Below, one piece after another: positions 9,165 through 19,697 of a stretch of DNA of 64,000 nucleotides. How positions within the stretch are numbered: the first letter of the stretch is position 1; every line of letters begins with the position of its first letter. The position numbers were made by a program, and so were the translations under genes. The stretch is from Deltaproteobacteria bacterium (lineage in GTDB: Bacteria; Myxococcota; Kuafuiibacteriia; Kuafuiibacteriales; Kuafuiibacteriaceae), in assembly GCA_040218735.1 (NCBI GenBank), contig JAVJQW010000022.1, forward strand, positions 96,001 through 160,000, written 5' to 3'. A model generated the notes under the pieces. The model saw only the letters and a program-made list of their open reading frames with translations. It made no database searches and was not told the origin of the DNA.

Positions 9165-11201
9165 CTAGCGCCCGTCGGTATCCGCGAGCAGCGCGTTCAA
9201 CGACGCCTCGTGCACGACCGGGACGCCGTACATCGCAGCCTGGTCGAACTCACGTGCGGCCTTCTTGCCCGCGATGAGCAAGTCCGTGCGCCGACCGACC
9301 GTCGACTGCACCAAGCCACCGCGGCGCTCGATCTCGTCGACGACGTGGACCGCGCCCAGCTCGAAGTCACCGGCGACCACGACGCGCTGTCCGAGGAAGG
9401 GCGCCGAGAACGAACGCGGGCCGTCGAGCAGCTCCACGCCCGCCTCCTTCACGCGCACGATGTCCGCGCGCGCCGTCGATGCGAGCCAACCGCGCAGCCC
9501 CTCCGCCGCCTCCGGCTCCAGGCCGGGGATGCGCGGGCAGTCGTCGGGCTCCAACGTCTCCAGCCGCTGCACCGTGCAGACGTGGTGCGCGATGAGCCGC
9601 GCCGCGTGCTCACTCACGTGCGGGATCCCGAGCAGGTACAACAGCCGCCACAACGGCATCTTCCGCGCGCGCGCCAGCTCGTCTTCGAACCGCGCGCCCT
9701 CGCCCGGCGCGATGTGATCGAGCTGCGTCGGGTCCAGCGTGAACATGTCCGCGACGTCCTTGATCGAAAACTCCGCCTGCAGTCGCTCCACCAGCCGAAG
9801 GCTCACACTCTTCAGCCGCAGCCCGCGGGGCCCGATCAGGTGAAGCAGTCGCGCACGCACGCGGCCCGGGCAGATCGCATTCGTGCACTCGGCGAACGGC
9901 GCGTCGACCGGTTGCTCCAGACCACCGCCGCACGCCGGGCACTTCGGCGGCATCGGCACCGCTTCTTCGTCGCCCTCGAGGTTCACGATCGGTGCGACGC
10001 TCCCCGGGCGCACCCGCAGCCGCGCGCCGACCTTCACGCCGACGATCGAGTGCCCCGTCTCCGTGGGGATCGGCGCACGCTCCGGCACGGGGAGCTTGTG
10101 CTCCGGCGCGCGTTGGATCTGCACCACCGGTAGCAGCGCGCCGCCGCGACCGACCGCGTGATAGACCTTCGCCGCCAACGCGGGGCGGCCCGGCGTCGGG
10201 AACACGAGCCGGACCTTCTGCGGCACTTCGCGCTCCGCCGCGCGTACGCCGAAGCCGAGTTTATTGATCTGGAGGACGGCCGCTTCCAGCGGGAACTCGA
10301 ACTTCGGCGCGATCTGCTGGAGCGCCGCCACGAAGTCGAGCACCTCCTGCAGCCCCTTGCACCGCCACGTCACCGGCAACACCGAAAAGCCCCAGCTCTT
10401 GAGCGCGCCGAGCATCTGCCAGGACGTGTCGACGCCGGGCGGCGGCTCGTCCGCGCCGAGCGCGAACAGCTTGAGCGGCCGGTTCGCCGTGACCGCCGGA
10501 TCCAGCCGACGCACCGACCCGAGCACCGCGCCCCGCGGCAATATGTAGGGGGGGTCGCCGGCGTCGACGCGGCGACGGTCGAGCGCGGTCAGGTCCGTCG
10601 CGCGCATCGCGATGACCGCGTGCACCTCCAGCGCGCCGGGGAACGGCGGCACCGGTGACAACGTCGCGGGGCCGAGGGCCTGCTTGATGAGCTTCGTCGC
10701 GCGCGACTCGGTGATGGTGCCGGGCGGGCGCAGCTTGAGGGGGACCGACGGGATGGTCCGGACGTTGTCGGTGACGTCCTCGCCCTCGGCGCCATCGCCC
10801 TTCAGCACGGCGCGTGCGAGCAGCCCGTTTTCGTAGGTCAGGACAACCTCGACCCCCGGCATCGTGGCGCTCGCGACGTACGTCGCGTCGCCGCCCTCCA
10901 CGGAGAGGACCCGCGCGTGGAAGGCCTTGAGCTCGGCGACGCTCTGGACCACGGGGAGCGACGGCCACATCCGGCGGTGCGCGTAGCGCACGAAGGCGTC
11001 CCGCGGCGTCTGGGGATCGCGCTGGGTCGGGGAGTCGACCGGGCGATCGGGGGTCTCGGCCTCGAGCCGCCGCAGCTCCTCGACCAGGTGCGCGAGGGCG
11101 CGCGGGTCGATGGCGGGGTGCTCTAGGACGAACGTCCGATGCTCGTGGTCGGCGATCTGGAGCCGCAGCTCTGCGGCGCGTTCTTCTGCCCGTGAGGCCA
11201 T
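9165..11201 (-). CDS. NAD-dependent DNA ligase (LigA)-like protein with degenerate active site
   Basis: LigA architecture is retained: DSPTQR, GDG..GEDVTDNVRTI, OB-fold VGRGG, C4 zinc finger CPAC..CTNAICP, HhH LGIPHV and C-terminal BRCT. Motif I KxDG reads TMPG. Start ATG 11201 (MASRAEERA). Confidence 0.85.
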   Translation of the reverse strand: MASRAEERAAELRLQIADHEHRTFVLEHPAIDPRALAHLVEELRRLEAETPDRPVDSPTQRDPQTPRDAFVRYAHRRMWPSLPVVQSVAELKAFHARVLSVEGGDATYVASATMPGVEVVLTYENGLLARAVLKGDGAEGEDVTDNVRTIPSVPLKLRPPGTITESRATKLIKQALGPATLSPVPPFPGALEVHAVIAMRATDLTALDRRRVDAGDPPYILPRGAVLGSVRRLDPAVTANRPLKLFALGADEPPPGVDTSWQMLGALKSWGFSVLPVTWRCKGLQEVLDFVAALQQIAPKFEFPLEAAVLQINKLGFGVRAAEREVPQKVRLVFPTPGRPALAAKVYHAVGRGGALLPVVQIQRAPEHKLPVPERAPIPTETGHSIVGVKVGARLRVRPGSVAPIVNLEGDEEAVPMPPKCPACGGGLEQPVDAPFAECTNAICPGRVRARLLHLIGPRGLRLKSVSLRLVERLQAEFSIKDVADMFTLDPTQLDHIAPGEGARFEDELARARKMPLWRLLYLLGIPHVSEHAARLIAHHVCTVQRLETLEPDDCPRIPGLEPEAAEGLRGWLASTARADIVRVKEAGVELLDGPRSFSAPFLGQRVVVAGDFELGAVHVVDEIERRGGLVQSTVGRRTDLLIAGKKAAREFDQAAMYGVPVVHEASLNALLADTDGR

Positions 11202-11364
11202 ATCCGCTTGACTAACCTCGGCGCTGGCCCCTACGTTGCCCCGCGTCACCGGGTGCGCGTGGGTCTTTCCCCTCAGGCCGCACCTGAACTTCTTACAGAA
11301 TCCGTCGAGGATGCCCCAAAGGGCCCCCTTTTCGGACCTCGAAGACCATAGGACCAACAGCGCC

Positions 11365-12828
11365 ATGGCGCAAACCAGCGGCAACCGCCGAACCAGAAAA
11401 TCCGAGGATGAGCATATGACGGGTGAGGGCACCGAAGCACCACGCCGTGGGGGCAAGAAGCGTCGTTCGACGCGTCAGAACAAGCGGCAGGACACCGGCA
11501 ACGGCAACGGCGCCGCCTACGACGAGGATGTGGACGAGATGGCCGCTTCCGCCCCGGCGGATGGGGACGGCCCCGGCCGCATGAACCTCAAGGAGCTCAA
11601 GGAGAAACGTATCTCCGAGCTCACCCGCATGGCCCGCGACATGGGCGTCGAAGGCGCGGCGGGGATGCGGAAGCAGGAGCTGATCTTCGCGGTGCTCAAG
11701 GAGCACGCGGCCCGACGCGGGACGATCTACTCCGAGGGCGTGCTCGAGTGCCTATCCGACGGATTCGGCTTCTTGCGCTCGCCCGACTACAGCTACCTCC
11801 CGGGCCCCGACGACATCTACGTCAGCCCCTCTCAGCTCCGCCGCTTCAACCTCCGCACTGGAGACACGATCAGCGGCCAGATTCGCCCCCCGAAGGACAA
11901 CGAGCGCTACTTCGCCATGCTGAAGGTGGAGAGCGTCAACTTCGAGGCGCCCGAGGTCGCGCGGGACAAGATCCTGTTCGACAACCTGACGCCCCTGTAC
12001 CCGCAGGCGCGCCTGAACCTCGAGCACAAGGGCGACAACTACTCCACGCGCATCATCGACCTGCTCACGCCGATCGGTAAGGGCCAACGCGCCCTCATCG
12101 TGTCGCCGCCGCGCGCCGGTAAGACGGTGCTCCTGCAGGACATCGCGCACGCCATCAGCGCCAACCACCCCGAGGTGTGGCTGATGGTGCTGCTGATCGA
12201 CGAGCGTCCGGAGGAAGTGACGGACATGGAGCGCTCCGTCGACGGCGAGGTCGTCAGCTCGACCTTCGACGAGCCGGCCTCCCGGCACGTCCAGGTCGCC
12301 GAGATGGTCATCGAGAAGGCCAAGCGCCTCGTGGAGCACGGACGCGACGTCGTCATCCTCCTCGACTCGATCACCCGCCTCGCGCGCGCCTACAACACGG
12401 TGATTCCGCCGTCGGGCAAGATCCTCTCCGGTGGTGTCGACGCCAACGCGCTGCACAAGCCGAAGCGTTTCTTCGGCGCCGCGCGCAACATCGAAGAGGG
12501 TGGCTCGCTCACGATCATCGCCTCGGCGCTGGTCGACACCGGCAGCCGCATGGACGAGGTCATCTTCGAGGAGTTCAAGGGCACCGGTAACTCCGAGATC
12601 CACCTCGACCGCAAGCTCATGGAGAAGCGCATCTTCCCGTGCCTCGACATCAACAAGTCGGCGACGCGTAAGGAAGAGCTCCTCCAGCCGCCGGACGTGC
12701 TCAACCGCGTCTGGATCCTCCGTCAGCTGCTGCACCCGCTGAACCCGATCGACTCGATGGAGTTCATGCTCAGCAAGCTGCGCCCGACGAAGGCCAACCA
12801 GGAGTTCCTGGACTCGATGAACAGCTGA
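11365..12828 (+). CDS. rho: Transcription termination factor Rho (start 11365 or 11416)
   Basis: [52 protein letters not shown] and FEEFKGTGN motifs. Confidence 0.98.
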   Translation: MAQTSGNRRTRKSEDEHMTGEGTEAPRRGGKKRRSTRQNKRQDTGNGNGAAYDEDVDEMAASAPADGDGPGRMNLKELKEKRISELTRMARDMGVEGAAGMRKQELIFAVLKEHAARRGTIYSEGVLECLSDGFGFLRSPDYSYLPGPDDIYVSPSQLRRFNLRTGDTISGQIRPPKDNERYFAMLKVESVNFEAPEVARDKILFDNLTPLYPQARLNLEHKGDNYSTRIIDLLTPIGKGQRALIVSPPRAGKTVLLQDIAHAISANHPEVWLMVLLIDERPEEVTDMERSVDGEVVSSTFDEPASRHVQVAEMVIEKAKRLVEHGRDVVILLDSITRLARAYNTVIPPSGKILSGGVDANALHKPKRFFGAARNIEEGGSLTIIASALVDTGSRMDEVIFEEFKGTGNSEIHLDRKLMEKRIFPCLDINKSATRKEELLQPPDVLNRVWILRQLLHPLNPIDSMEFMLSKLRPTKANQEFLDSMNS

Positions 12829-13008
12829 CGGCGTCGGCCGTCGCTCCCCTCACGGCTCGCGGACATCGCCGCACGCGTCGAACGTGACGTGCGCGGCGAT
12901 CCCGCACCCACGACTTCCCGTCCAGCTTCTTGGCCACCCACACGTCGACGAGTTCGACGGGGCCGCCCTGCGCCCATTCAGACGGTCGTGGGTCGCGCTG
13001 AACGTCGC

Positions 13009-13050
13009 TGAACAATTCGATCGAAGTCGTTTGAACAATTCGTTCAAACG
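13009..13050. promoter_or_regulatory. Putative transcription-factor operator upstream of the CARDB lipoprotein gene
   Basis: Perfect inverted repeat CGTTTGAAC-N5-GTTCAAACG (13028-13050). Direct repeat TGAACAATTCG at 13009 and 13032. Confidence 0.5.
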
Positions 13051-13120
13051 GGCGCGCGTTCGTCGCTCACGCCGAGCCTCCTCCGTCGGCACGCCTCCTG
13101 CTGAGGGCGCACTCGGGAGG

Positions 13121-16100
13121 ATGCACTTGCACAAGTCGAAACCGTTCACATTCTTGCTCGGCGCCCTGTTGGTCGGCGTCGGTTGTTCCAACGAACAGGA
13201 CGCGACCGGGGTGAAGGACGACGCGATCGTCTACCAACCGAACCTCGTCGTCACGGCGCTCGAGACGCCCTACTCCGTCGCGCCCTACAACCCGATCGAC
13301 CTGACCGTCACCGTCTGTAACCAGGGCAACGACTGGGCGTCGAACAGCGACACTCTCCTCGTCGTCTCCACCGACACCACGATCACCTCGGCCGACACCT
13401 GGATCACCAGCGTCCCCACGAACAGCCTGGCCCCCGGACAGTGCGACACGCAGTCCGTCTCCTATCCGCTCCCTCCCCTGATGGACGGCGCCTATTACAT
13501 CGGCGCGATCGCGGACGAGTCGGGCTTCGTCATCGAGTCCGACGAGACCGACAACACCCTCGCGAGCGACATCATCGGCATCGGCTACGGCCCCGACCCG
13601 GTCGTCACCGCGATTTCCGCCCCGCCGAGCAGCGCGGACGGGCTCCCCGTCGTCGTCACCGTCTGCAACCGCGGGACGGATCCGGCCGGCGGCGTCGACC
13701 TCACGCTCTACCTTTCGACCGACACCACCATCGAGGACTACGCGTCGAACCCCATGTCGCCCGACTTCTTCCTCAGCGGCGACTACATCTCGAACCTCTA
13801 CCCCGGTGAGTGCACCGACCTCACGATCAACGGCTGGGTCGGCGGCCTCCCGACCGGCGCCTACTACATCGGCGCCGTCGTCGATGAGTGGAACTTCACG
13901 ACCGAGCTGATCGAGTCCAACCAGGTCACCGTCGACGGCCCCATCGGCATCGGCTGGGGACCCGACCTCGTCACCACCGCCGTCGACGCGCCCGCCGCGA
14001 CCGACGGCTACTTCGACGCCACCGTCACCATCTGCAACGTCGGCACCGACATCAGCTACGGCGCGGACGCCTCGCTCTACCTCTCCGAGGACACCGTGAT
14101 CGAGTCGCCGATGACGAACCCGATGACGACCGACATGCCGATCGGCGGCGTCACCGTCAGCTTCCTCGCCCCCGGACAGTGTGAAGACGTGACGCAGAGC
14201 TTCTGGGCCCCGACCGGCCTCGACGCGCCGTACATCGGCGTCCTCACCGACGAGTTCAACACCGTCGCCGAGCTGATCGAGAGCAACAACACGTTCGTCG
14301 GCGACCGCATCGGCGTCGGCTACGGCCCGGACATCGTCGTCGAGACCCTGACGTACCCGCCGAGCGCGGACGGGATGTTCTCGATCGTCGTGCGCGCCTG
14401 CAACCAGGGCACCGACTACACCAGCGGCTTCAACGTCGACGTCTACGCTTCGACCGACGCGACCATCGAAGGCACCTTCGCGAGCCCGTACGGCGACTAC
14501 CCGCTGGCCGGCGCCTACTTCAGCTCGCTGTACGCCGGCCAGTGCGCGCAGCAGACGGTCCAGGCCTACCCGCCGGGCCTCTTCGGACCGCACTACATCG
14601 GCGCGATCGCCGACGAGGGCGCGTCGGTCCTCGAGCTCAACGAGTACAACAACGTCTACGTCGGCGCGCCGATGGGCTTCGGCTACGGCAGTGACCTCGT
14701 CGTCTCCTCGGTCGTCGTGCCTCCGAGCGCGGACGGCCAGTTCGAGGTCGACGTCACCGTGTGCAACCAGGGCACCGCGCAGGCTTCCTACACGGACGTC
14801 GAGCTGTACCTGTCGTCGGACCTCGTCCTCTCCACGGGGCCGAGCGGATCGGACTTCCCGATCGGCGGCACCAGCTTCGCGACGCTCTACCCGATGGCCT
14901 GCGCCACGCAGTCGGTGATCGCGAACGTGTACGGCAACACCGGCCCGTACTACGTCGGCGCGATCGTCGATCCGTTCGACAGCGAGCAGGAGCTCATCGA
15001 GACCAACAACGAAGCCTTCTCGGGCATCTTCGGCGTCGGCTACGGCCCCGACCTCGTCGTCACCGCGATCGACGCGCCGCCGAGCACGGACGGTCAGTTC
15101 TCCGCCACGATCACCGTGTGTAACCAGGGCACCGCGTCCTCCTCGTCGACCGACGTCGAGCTGATCCTCACGCTCGACGACGTCATCGAGACGTACTTCG
15201 GCAACCCGTACACGCAAGACTTCCCGGCCGGCGGCGCGCCCATCCCGACGCTCAACCCCGGTCAGTGCACGAACGCCGCGATCAACGGCTACGCGCCCGC
15301 ACCGTCGCCCGCGCACTACTTGGCCGCGATCGTGGATCCCTACGACTCGATCCCCGAGCTCGTCGAATCCAACAACGATTTCCTCGGCGACCTGATCGGT
15401 ATCGGCTACGACGCCGACCTCATCGTCAGCGCGATCGCCGCCCCGCCGAGCGCGAACGGCAACGCGACCATCACCGTCACCGCCTGCAACCAGGGCACCG
15501 CCCCCTCCTCCTCCTTCGACGTCGAGCTGTACGTCTCCGAGGACCAGATCATCGAGGGGTACACGATGAGCGGCCCGCCGGTGGACACGCCGATCGGTGG
15601 CGCGTACCTGACGTCGCTCAACCCCGGCGCGTGTGCCTCGCAGGACGTGCTCGTGTGGCTCCCCGCCCCGGACGCGGCGTGGTACCTCGGCGCGATCGCG
15701 GATCCGTTCGACTCCCAGATCGAGCTGATCGAATCCAACAACACGTTCCTCGGCCCGCGCATCGGCCTCGGCTCCGGGCCCGACCTCGTCGTTCAGTCCG
15801 TCACCGGCCCGGCGAGCGCCAACGGCCCGTTCGACGTCGTCGTCACCGTCTGCAACCAGGGCACGACGTTCGCCGGCAACGCCGACGTGGAGATCTACGC
15901 GAGCGAGGACCTGAGCATCCAGACCGTGCAGCAGAACCCGTTCACCAACGACTTCCCGATCGCGTGGGCGAACTTCTCGAACCTGCAGCCCGGCGCGTGC
16001 GGGACGCAGACCACGCAGGCCGCGCCGCCGCCGTGGACGGGCGCAGGGTACCTCGCCGGCATCGTCGATCCCTACGAGGCGGTGACCGAGCTCGACGAGG

Positions 16101-17773
16101 AGAACAACGTCACGTTCGACGGCGTCGTCGGCTTCGGCAACGGCCCCGACTTCATCGTCACCGCGATCTCGGGTCCGCCGAGCTCGACGGGCACGTTCAA
16201 CCTCGCGTGGACCGTGTGTAACCAGGGCACGCAGGCCGGCGCGACCGACGTGACGCTCTACCAGTCCGACGACGCCGTGATCACCTCCGACATGCCGTAC
16301 CCCGGCGCGGGCGACACGATCATCGGCAGCATCAACGTGAGCATCAACGCCGACGACTGCGCGAGCGGCACGCTGCCCGTGAGCACGTTCGGCCAGGGCG
16401 CGTACTACCTCGGCGCGATCGCGGACGAGTACGACACGACCGTGGAGCTCATCGAGACCAACAACACGTTCGTCGGCGGCCAGATCGGCATCGGCAACGA
16501 TCCCGACCTCGTCGTCTCGAGCGTCGCGGGTCCGCCGAGCACGACCGGCTCGTTCACGATCGACTACACGGTCTGCAACCAGGGCACGACGTCGAGCCCC
16601 GGCACCGACGTGAACTTCTACCTCGTGACGGGCGAGACGCTCGTGGGTCAGGCCAACAACCCGTACGGCGATCCGCCGGTCGCGAACGACTTCGTGCCGA
16701 CGCTCCCCGCGGGTGACTGTCACATCGCGCTCACCCCGGCGTACGCGCCGCAGCCCGGTACCTATCGAATCGGCGCGATCGTCGACGAGTGGTCAGCGGT
16801 GTCGGAGCTCATCGAGACGAACAACGGGCTGCTCGGCCCGCAGATCGGCGTCGGCAACGGCCCCGACCTGATCGTCGAGAGTGTCACCGGTCCGGCCGTC
16901 ACCGGCCCGGGCGCGTACCCGGACTTCGTGGTGCGCGTGTGCAACCAAGGGACCGCGGGCAGCACCGCGACGAACGGCACGTTGTACCTGTCGAACGACG
17001 CGACGATCGAGCCGTTCGACGCGATGCTCACGCAGTACCCGGTGAACAACATCGCGACCGGCGCGTGTGAAGACGTCCTCGTGCCCGCGCCGATGCCGCC
17101 GTACACCGGTAGCTTCTTCGTCGGTGCGATCGTGGACGACTTCGACAGCGTCCCCGAGCTCATCGAGACGAACAACGCGAGCAGCGGCACGCCGATCGAG
17201 CTCGCGGCGATGTTCTGCGGGGACGGCAGCGTCGACCCCGCGACCGAGGAGTGCGACGACGGCAACGGCATCAGCGGCGACGGCTGCAGCGCGACGTGTT
17301 TCGTCGAGCACACCGTGTGGCAGGAGAACCAGTCCGGCCCCAGCCAGGGGCCGTACAACTGGAACTACGCGATGGGCTTCCACTTCACGCCGACGCGCGA
17401 CGGCGAGATCACGCAGCTGGGTGGCTACTTCTACGGTGGTCCGAAGACGGTGCGTCTGTTCGAGCGCGACACGGGTGTGCTCCTCGCCGAGACCCAGGTG
17501 GCGGGCCAGGCGAACGTCGGGCAGTTCAGCTACGGCGACATCACGACGGTGCCGGTGACGGCGGGGACACGTTATACGGTGGCGGTCTACCTCGCGGGGA
17601 CCGGCGGGACGCGCACGATCGTGAACCCGCGCTTCCCGGTGGCGTACGGCGACATCACGATCGACGCGTCGACGTACATCTATACGGGCTCGAACCCCGA
17701 CCGCCGGCCGACCAACAGCATCCCACGCGTGATGTACGGCCAGGCGGACATTCGGTACGCACCGACCGAGTGA
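13121..17773 (+). CDS. Large surface lipoprotein: 11 CARDB-like repeats, myxobacterial Cys-rich repeat, DUF4082-like C-terminal domain
   Basis: Lipobox LLVGVGC. Eleven units of PDLVV..TVCNQG..YxGAIxD..ELxExNN, then CGDG..EECDDGN..SGDGCSATC and MGFHFTP. GGAGG precedes the start. Confidence 0.85.
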   Translation: MHLHKSKPFTFLLGALLVGVGCSNEQDATGVKDDAIVYQPNLVVTALETPYSVAPYNPIDLTVTVCNQGNDWASNSDTLLVVSTDTTITSADTWITSVPTNSLAPGQCDTQSVSYPLPPLMDGAYYIGAIADESGFVIESDETDNTLASDIIGIGYGPDPVVTAISAPPSSADGLPVVVTVCNRGTDPAGGVDLTLYLSTDTTIEDYASNPMSPDFFLSGDYISNLYPGECTDLTINGWVGGLPTGAYYIGAVVDEWNFTTELIESNQVTVDGPIGIGWGPDLVTTAVDAPAATDGYFDATVTICNVGTDISYGADASLYLSEDTVIESPMTNPMTTDMPIGGVTVSFLAPGQCEDVTQSFWAPTGLDAPYIGVLTDEFNTVAELIESNNTFVGDRIGVGYGPDIVVETLTYPPSADGMFSIVVRACNQGTDYTSGFNVDVYASTDATIEGTFASPYGDYPLAGAYFSSLYAGQCAQQTVQAYPPGLFGPHYIGAIADEGASVLELNEYNNVYVGAPMGFGYGSDLVVSSVVVPPSADGQFEVDVTVCNQGTAQASYTDVELYLSSDLVLSTGPSGSDFPIGGTSFATLYPMACATQSVIANVYGNTGPYYVGAIVDPFDSEQELIETNNEAFSGIFGVGYGPDLVVTAIDAPPSTDGQFSATITVCNQGTASSSSTDVELILTLDDVIETYFGNPYTQDFPAGGAPIPTLNPGQCTNAAINGYAPAPSPAHYLAAIVDPYDSIPELVESNNDFLGDLIGIGYDADLIVSAIAAPPSANGNATITVTACNQGTAPSSSFDVELYVSEDQIIEGYTMSGPPVDTPIGGAYLTSLNPGACASQDVLVWLPAPDAAWYLGAIADPFDSQIELIESNNTFLGPRIGLGSGPDLVVQSVTGPASANGPFDVVVTVCNQGTTFAGNADVEIYASEDLSIQTVQQNPFTNDFPIAWANFSNLQPGACGTQTTQAAPPPWTGAGYLAGIVDPYEAVTELDEENNVTFDGVVGFGNGPDFIVTAISGPPSSTGTFNLAWTVCNQGTQAGATDVTLYQSDDAVITSDMPYPGAGDTIIGSINVSINADDCASGTLPVSTFGQGAYYLGAIADEYDTTVELIETNNTFVGGQIGIGNDPDLVVSSVAGPPSTTGSFTIDYTVCNQGTTSSPGTDVNFYLVTGETLVGQANNPYGDPPVANDFVPTLPAGDCHIALTPAYAPQPGTYRIGAIVDEWSAVSELIETNNGLLGPQIGVGNGPDLIVESVTGPAVTGPGAYPDFVVRVCNQGTAGSTATNGTLYLSNDATIEPFDAMLTQYPVNNIATGACEDVLVPAPMPPYTGSFFVGAIVDDFDSVPELIETNNASSGTPIELAAMFCGDGSVDPATEECDDGNGISGDGCSATCFVEHTVWQENQSGPSQGPYNWNYAMGFHFTPTRDGEITQLGGYFYGGPKTVRLFERDTGVLLAETQVAGQANVGQFSYGDITTVPVTAGTRYTVAVYLAGTGGTRTIVNPRFPVAYGDITIDASTYIYTGSNPDRRPTNSIPRVMYGQADIRYAPTE

Positions 17774-17810
17774 TTGGGGGCGCCGTGTCGGGCTCGGACG
17801 CCCTGCCCCT

Positions 17811-19613
17811 TCAGTCCGAGCCCGGCACCGGCGTCTGCTTCCGAGGCCGCGCGATCCCGTAGCGGTCCAGGCGCGACACCAGCGTCCCCCTCGAGATCCC
17901 CAGCTTCTTCGCCGCGCGCGTCTGGTTGCCGTGGCACTCCGCGAGCGCGACGACGATCGCGCGGTGCTCGTCGTTCACGAACAAGTCCGCCGGCATCGTC
18001 GGCTCCGAGAACGAAGCGGCCGGGAACGGCTGCGGCGGCGCGGGCTGCAACACCGCAGACGTCGGCACGACCGTCCGCATCACGGGGGCGCGCATGTTCT
18101 CCGCGGGGAGGTGGCTGACGTCGATCGGCTCCCCGCCCGCCAGGTACACCGCGCGCTCCACGGTGTGGACGAGCTCGCGCACGTTGCCGGGCCAGTGGTA
18201 CCCGCGGAGCATGTTCTCGGCGGCGTCCGTGAACCTCGGGCTGCCCGGGAAGCCGGCTTTGACGTGCGCGCGCGTCGCGAAGTGGCGGACCAGCGGCTCG
18301 ATCTCCGCGGGGCGCTCACGCAGCGCCGGCACGTTCAGCGTGACGCCGTTGAGGCGGTAGTAAAGATCGAGGCGGAAGCGGCGCTGTGCGATCTCCTCTT
18401 CGAGATCGCGGTTGGTCGCGGAGACGAAGCGTACGTCGACGGGGATCGGCGTCCGGCCACCGACGCGCATCACTTCGTTCGATTCGATCACCCGGAGCAG
18501 CTTGCTCTGCACGAGCGGCGGGAGCTCGCCGACTTCGTCGAGCAGCACGGTGCCGCGGTTCGCGGACTCGATGATCCCGGGCTGCGCGGACTCGGCGCCG
18601 GTGAACGCACCCTTCTCGTGCCCGAACAGCTCACTCTCCACGAGTGACTCGGAGAGCGCGGCGCAGTTGATCCGAATGAAGGGGTGATCACGGCGCAGCG
18701 ACGCGCGGTGAACGGCCTCCGCCATGATCTCCTTGCCGACGCCGGTCTCGCCGAGGATCAGCACCGCGAGATCACTCGGCGCGACGCGATCGATGATCCG
18801 GTAGAGGGCCTCCATCGCGGAGTCCTCGACGACGATGTCACTCGTGGCCTCCGCGGTGGGCGCGCCCTCCCCGAGGGCGGCCATCAGATCGTTCGGGCGA
18901 CGGCCATCGACGCCGTAGATCGCGACGTTCACGTCGACCGTGCTCGCGTGGCGCGCGACGCGCTCGAACAGCGCGTTCTTCCCGCCCTGCGGGACGTCGA
19001 TCGCGATGACGCCGTACGTCTTCGGGTCGAGCTTGGCGACGAAGTCGAAGGACTTGAACACCGACAGCGCCTTCTCGACGGTCGCGCGGTCCTCCCCCGC
19101 CTTCGCGCTGAGCCGCACGATCGCAAACGGGACGTCCGTCATCCGCGCGCGCTCGCACTCCTCGGTGAGGCGCGCGTCGAAGTCGATGCGCGACCACACG
19201 CGGCGCACCCGCGAGCCGAGCGCGGCGCGCTGCACGGTGAGCATGATCGAGCCGAGGTCGATCGCCTCGCCGAGCTTCACCGGGGTGGTGGTGTTCGCTT
19301 CCAGGCGACGGCCGGAGACCGACGTCCCGTTGGCGCTCCCAAGGTCCTCGAGCGCGAGGCGGACCTGGTCGCCGTCGGCCGTCTCGATGTGAAGGACGGC
19401 GTGTCGCCTCGAGATCGACGCGTCCGTGAGGTGCACGTCGGACTCCTGCGAGCGGCCGATCGTGACCTCGCCGTTCGGAGGTAGGACGTGGGTCGACACC
19501 GTGTTCACGCCGTCGCGGAGCACCAGCAGCTTCAGGCCGATGCCTCGGCTCTCGGCGGGAGGCGCGCGATCCGTGGTCTCGGCGCTGAGGGTGTCGACCC
19601 AGTCGTTCGGCAT
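17811..19613 (-). CDS. FHA-domain sigma54-dependent transcriptional activator
   Basis: FHA (IGRS..SISRRHA..DLGSANGT), GETGVGKE, GAFTGA, LLDEVGEL, WPGNVREL and Fis-type HTH (GNQTRAAKKLGISRGTL). Confidence 0.93.
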   Translation of the reverse strand: MPNDWVDTLSAETTDRAPPAESRGIGLKLLVLRDGVNTVSTHVLPPNGEVTIGRSQESDVHLTDASISRRHAVLHIETADGDQVRLALEDLGSANGTSVSGRRLEANTTTPVKLGEAIDLGSIMLTVQRAALGSRVRRVWSRIDFDARLTEECERARMTDVPFAIVRLSAKAGEDRATVEKALSVFKSFDFVAKLDPKTYGVIAIDVPQGGKNALFERVARHASTVDVNVAIYGVDGRRPNDLMAALGEGAPTAEATSDIVVEDSAMEALYRIIDRVAPSDLAVLILGETGVGKEIMAEAVHRASLRRDHPFIRINCAALSESLVESELFGHEKGAFTGAESAQPGIIESANRGTVLLDEVGELPPLVQSKLLRVIESNEVMRVGGRTPIPVDVRFVSATNRDLEEEIAQRRFRLDLYYRLNGVTLNVPALRERPAEIEPLVRHFATRAHVKAGFPGSPRFTDAAENMLRGYHWPGNVRELVHTVERAVYLAGGEPIDVSHLPAENMRAPVMRTVVPTSAVLQPAPPQPFPAASFSEPTMPADLFVNDEHRAIVVALAECHGNQTRAAKKLGISRGTLVSRLDRYGIARPRKQTPVPGSD

Positions 19614-19697
19614 CGTGTGGGGCGAAGCATCGCATCATCGCGCGGGGACTTGAACCGCGACGGGCATGAGACGAGACTCACATCTGTTTTGGTGTCG

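Noticed and set aside
13067-16723. Very long antisense ORFs (also 24686-28216, 42562-44445, most of 51904-54447)
   Set aside because: Typical high-GC shadow frames opposite well-supported genes, Arg/Ala/Gly-rich with no motifs.
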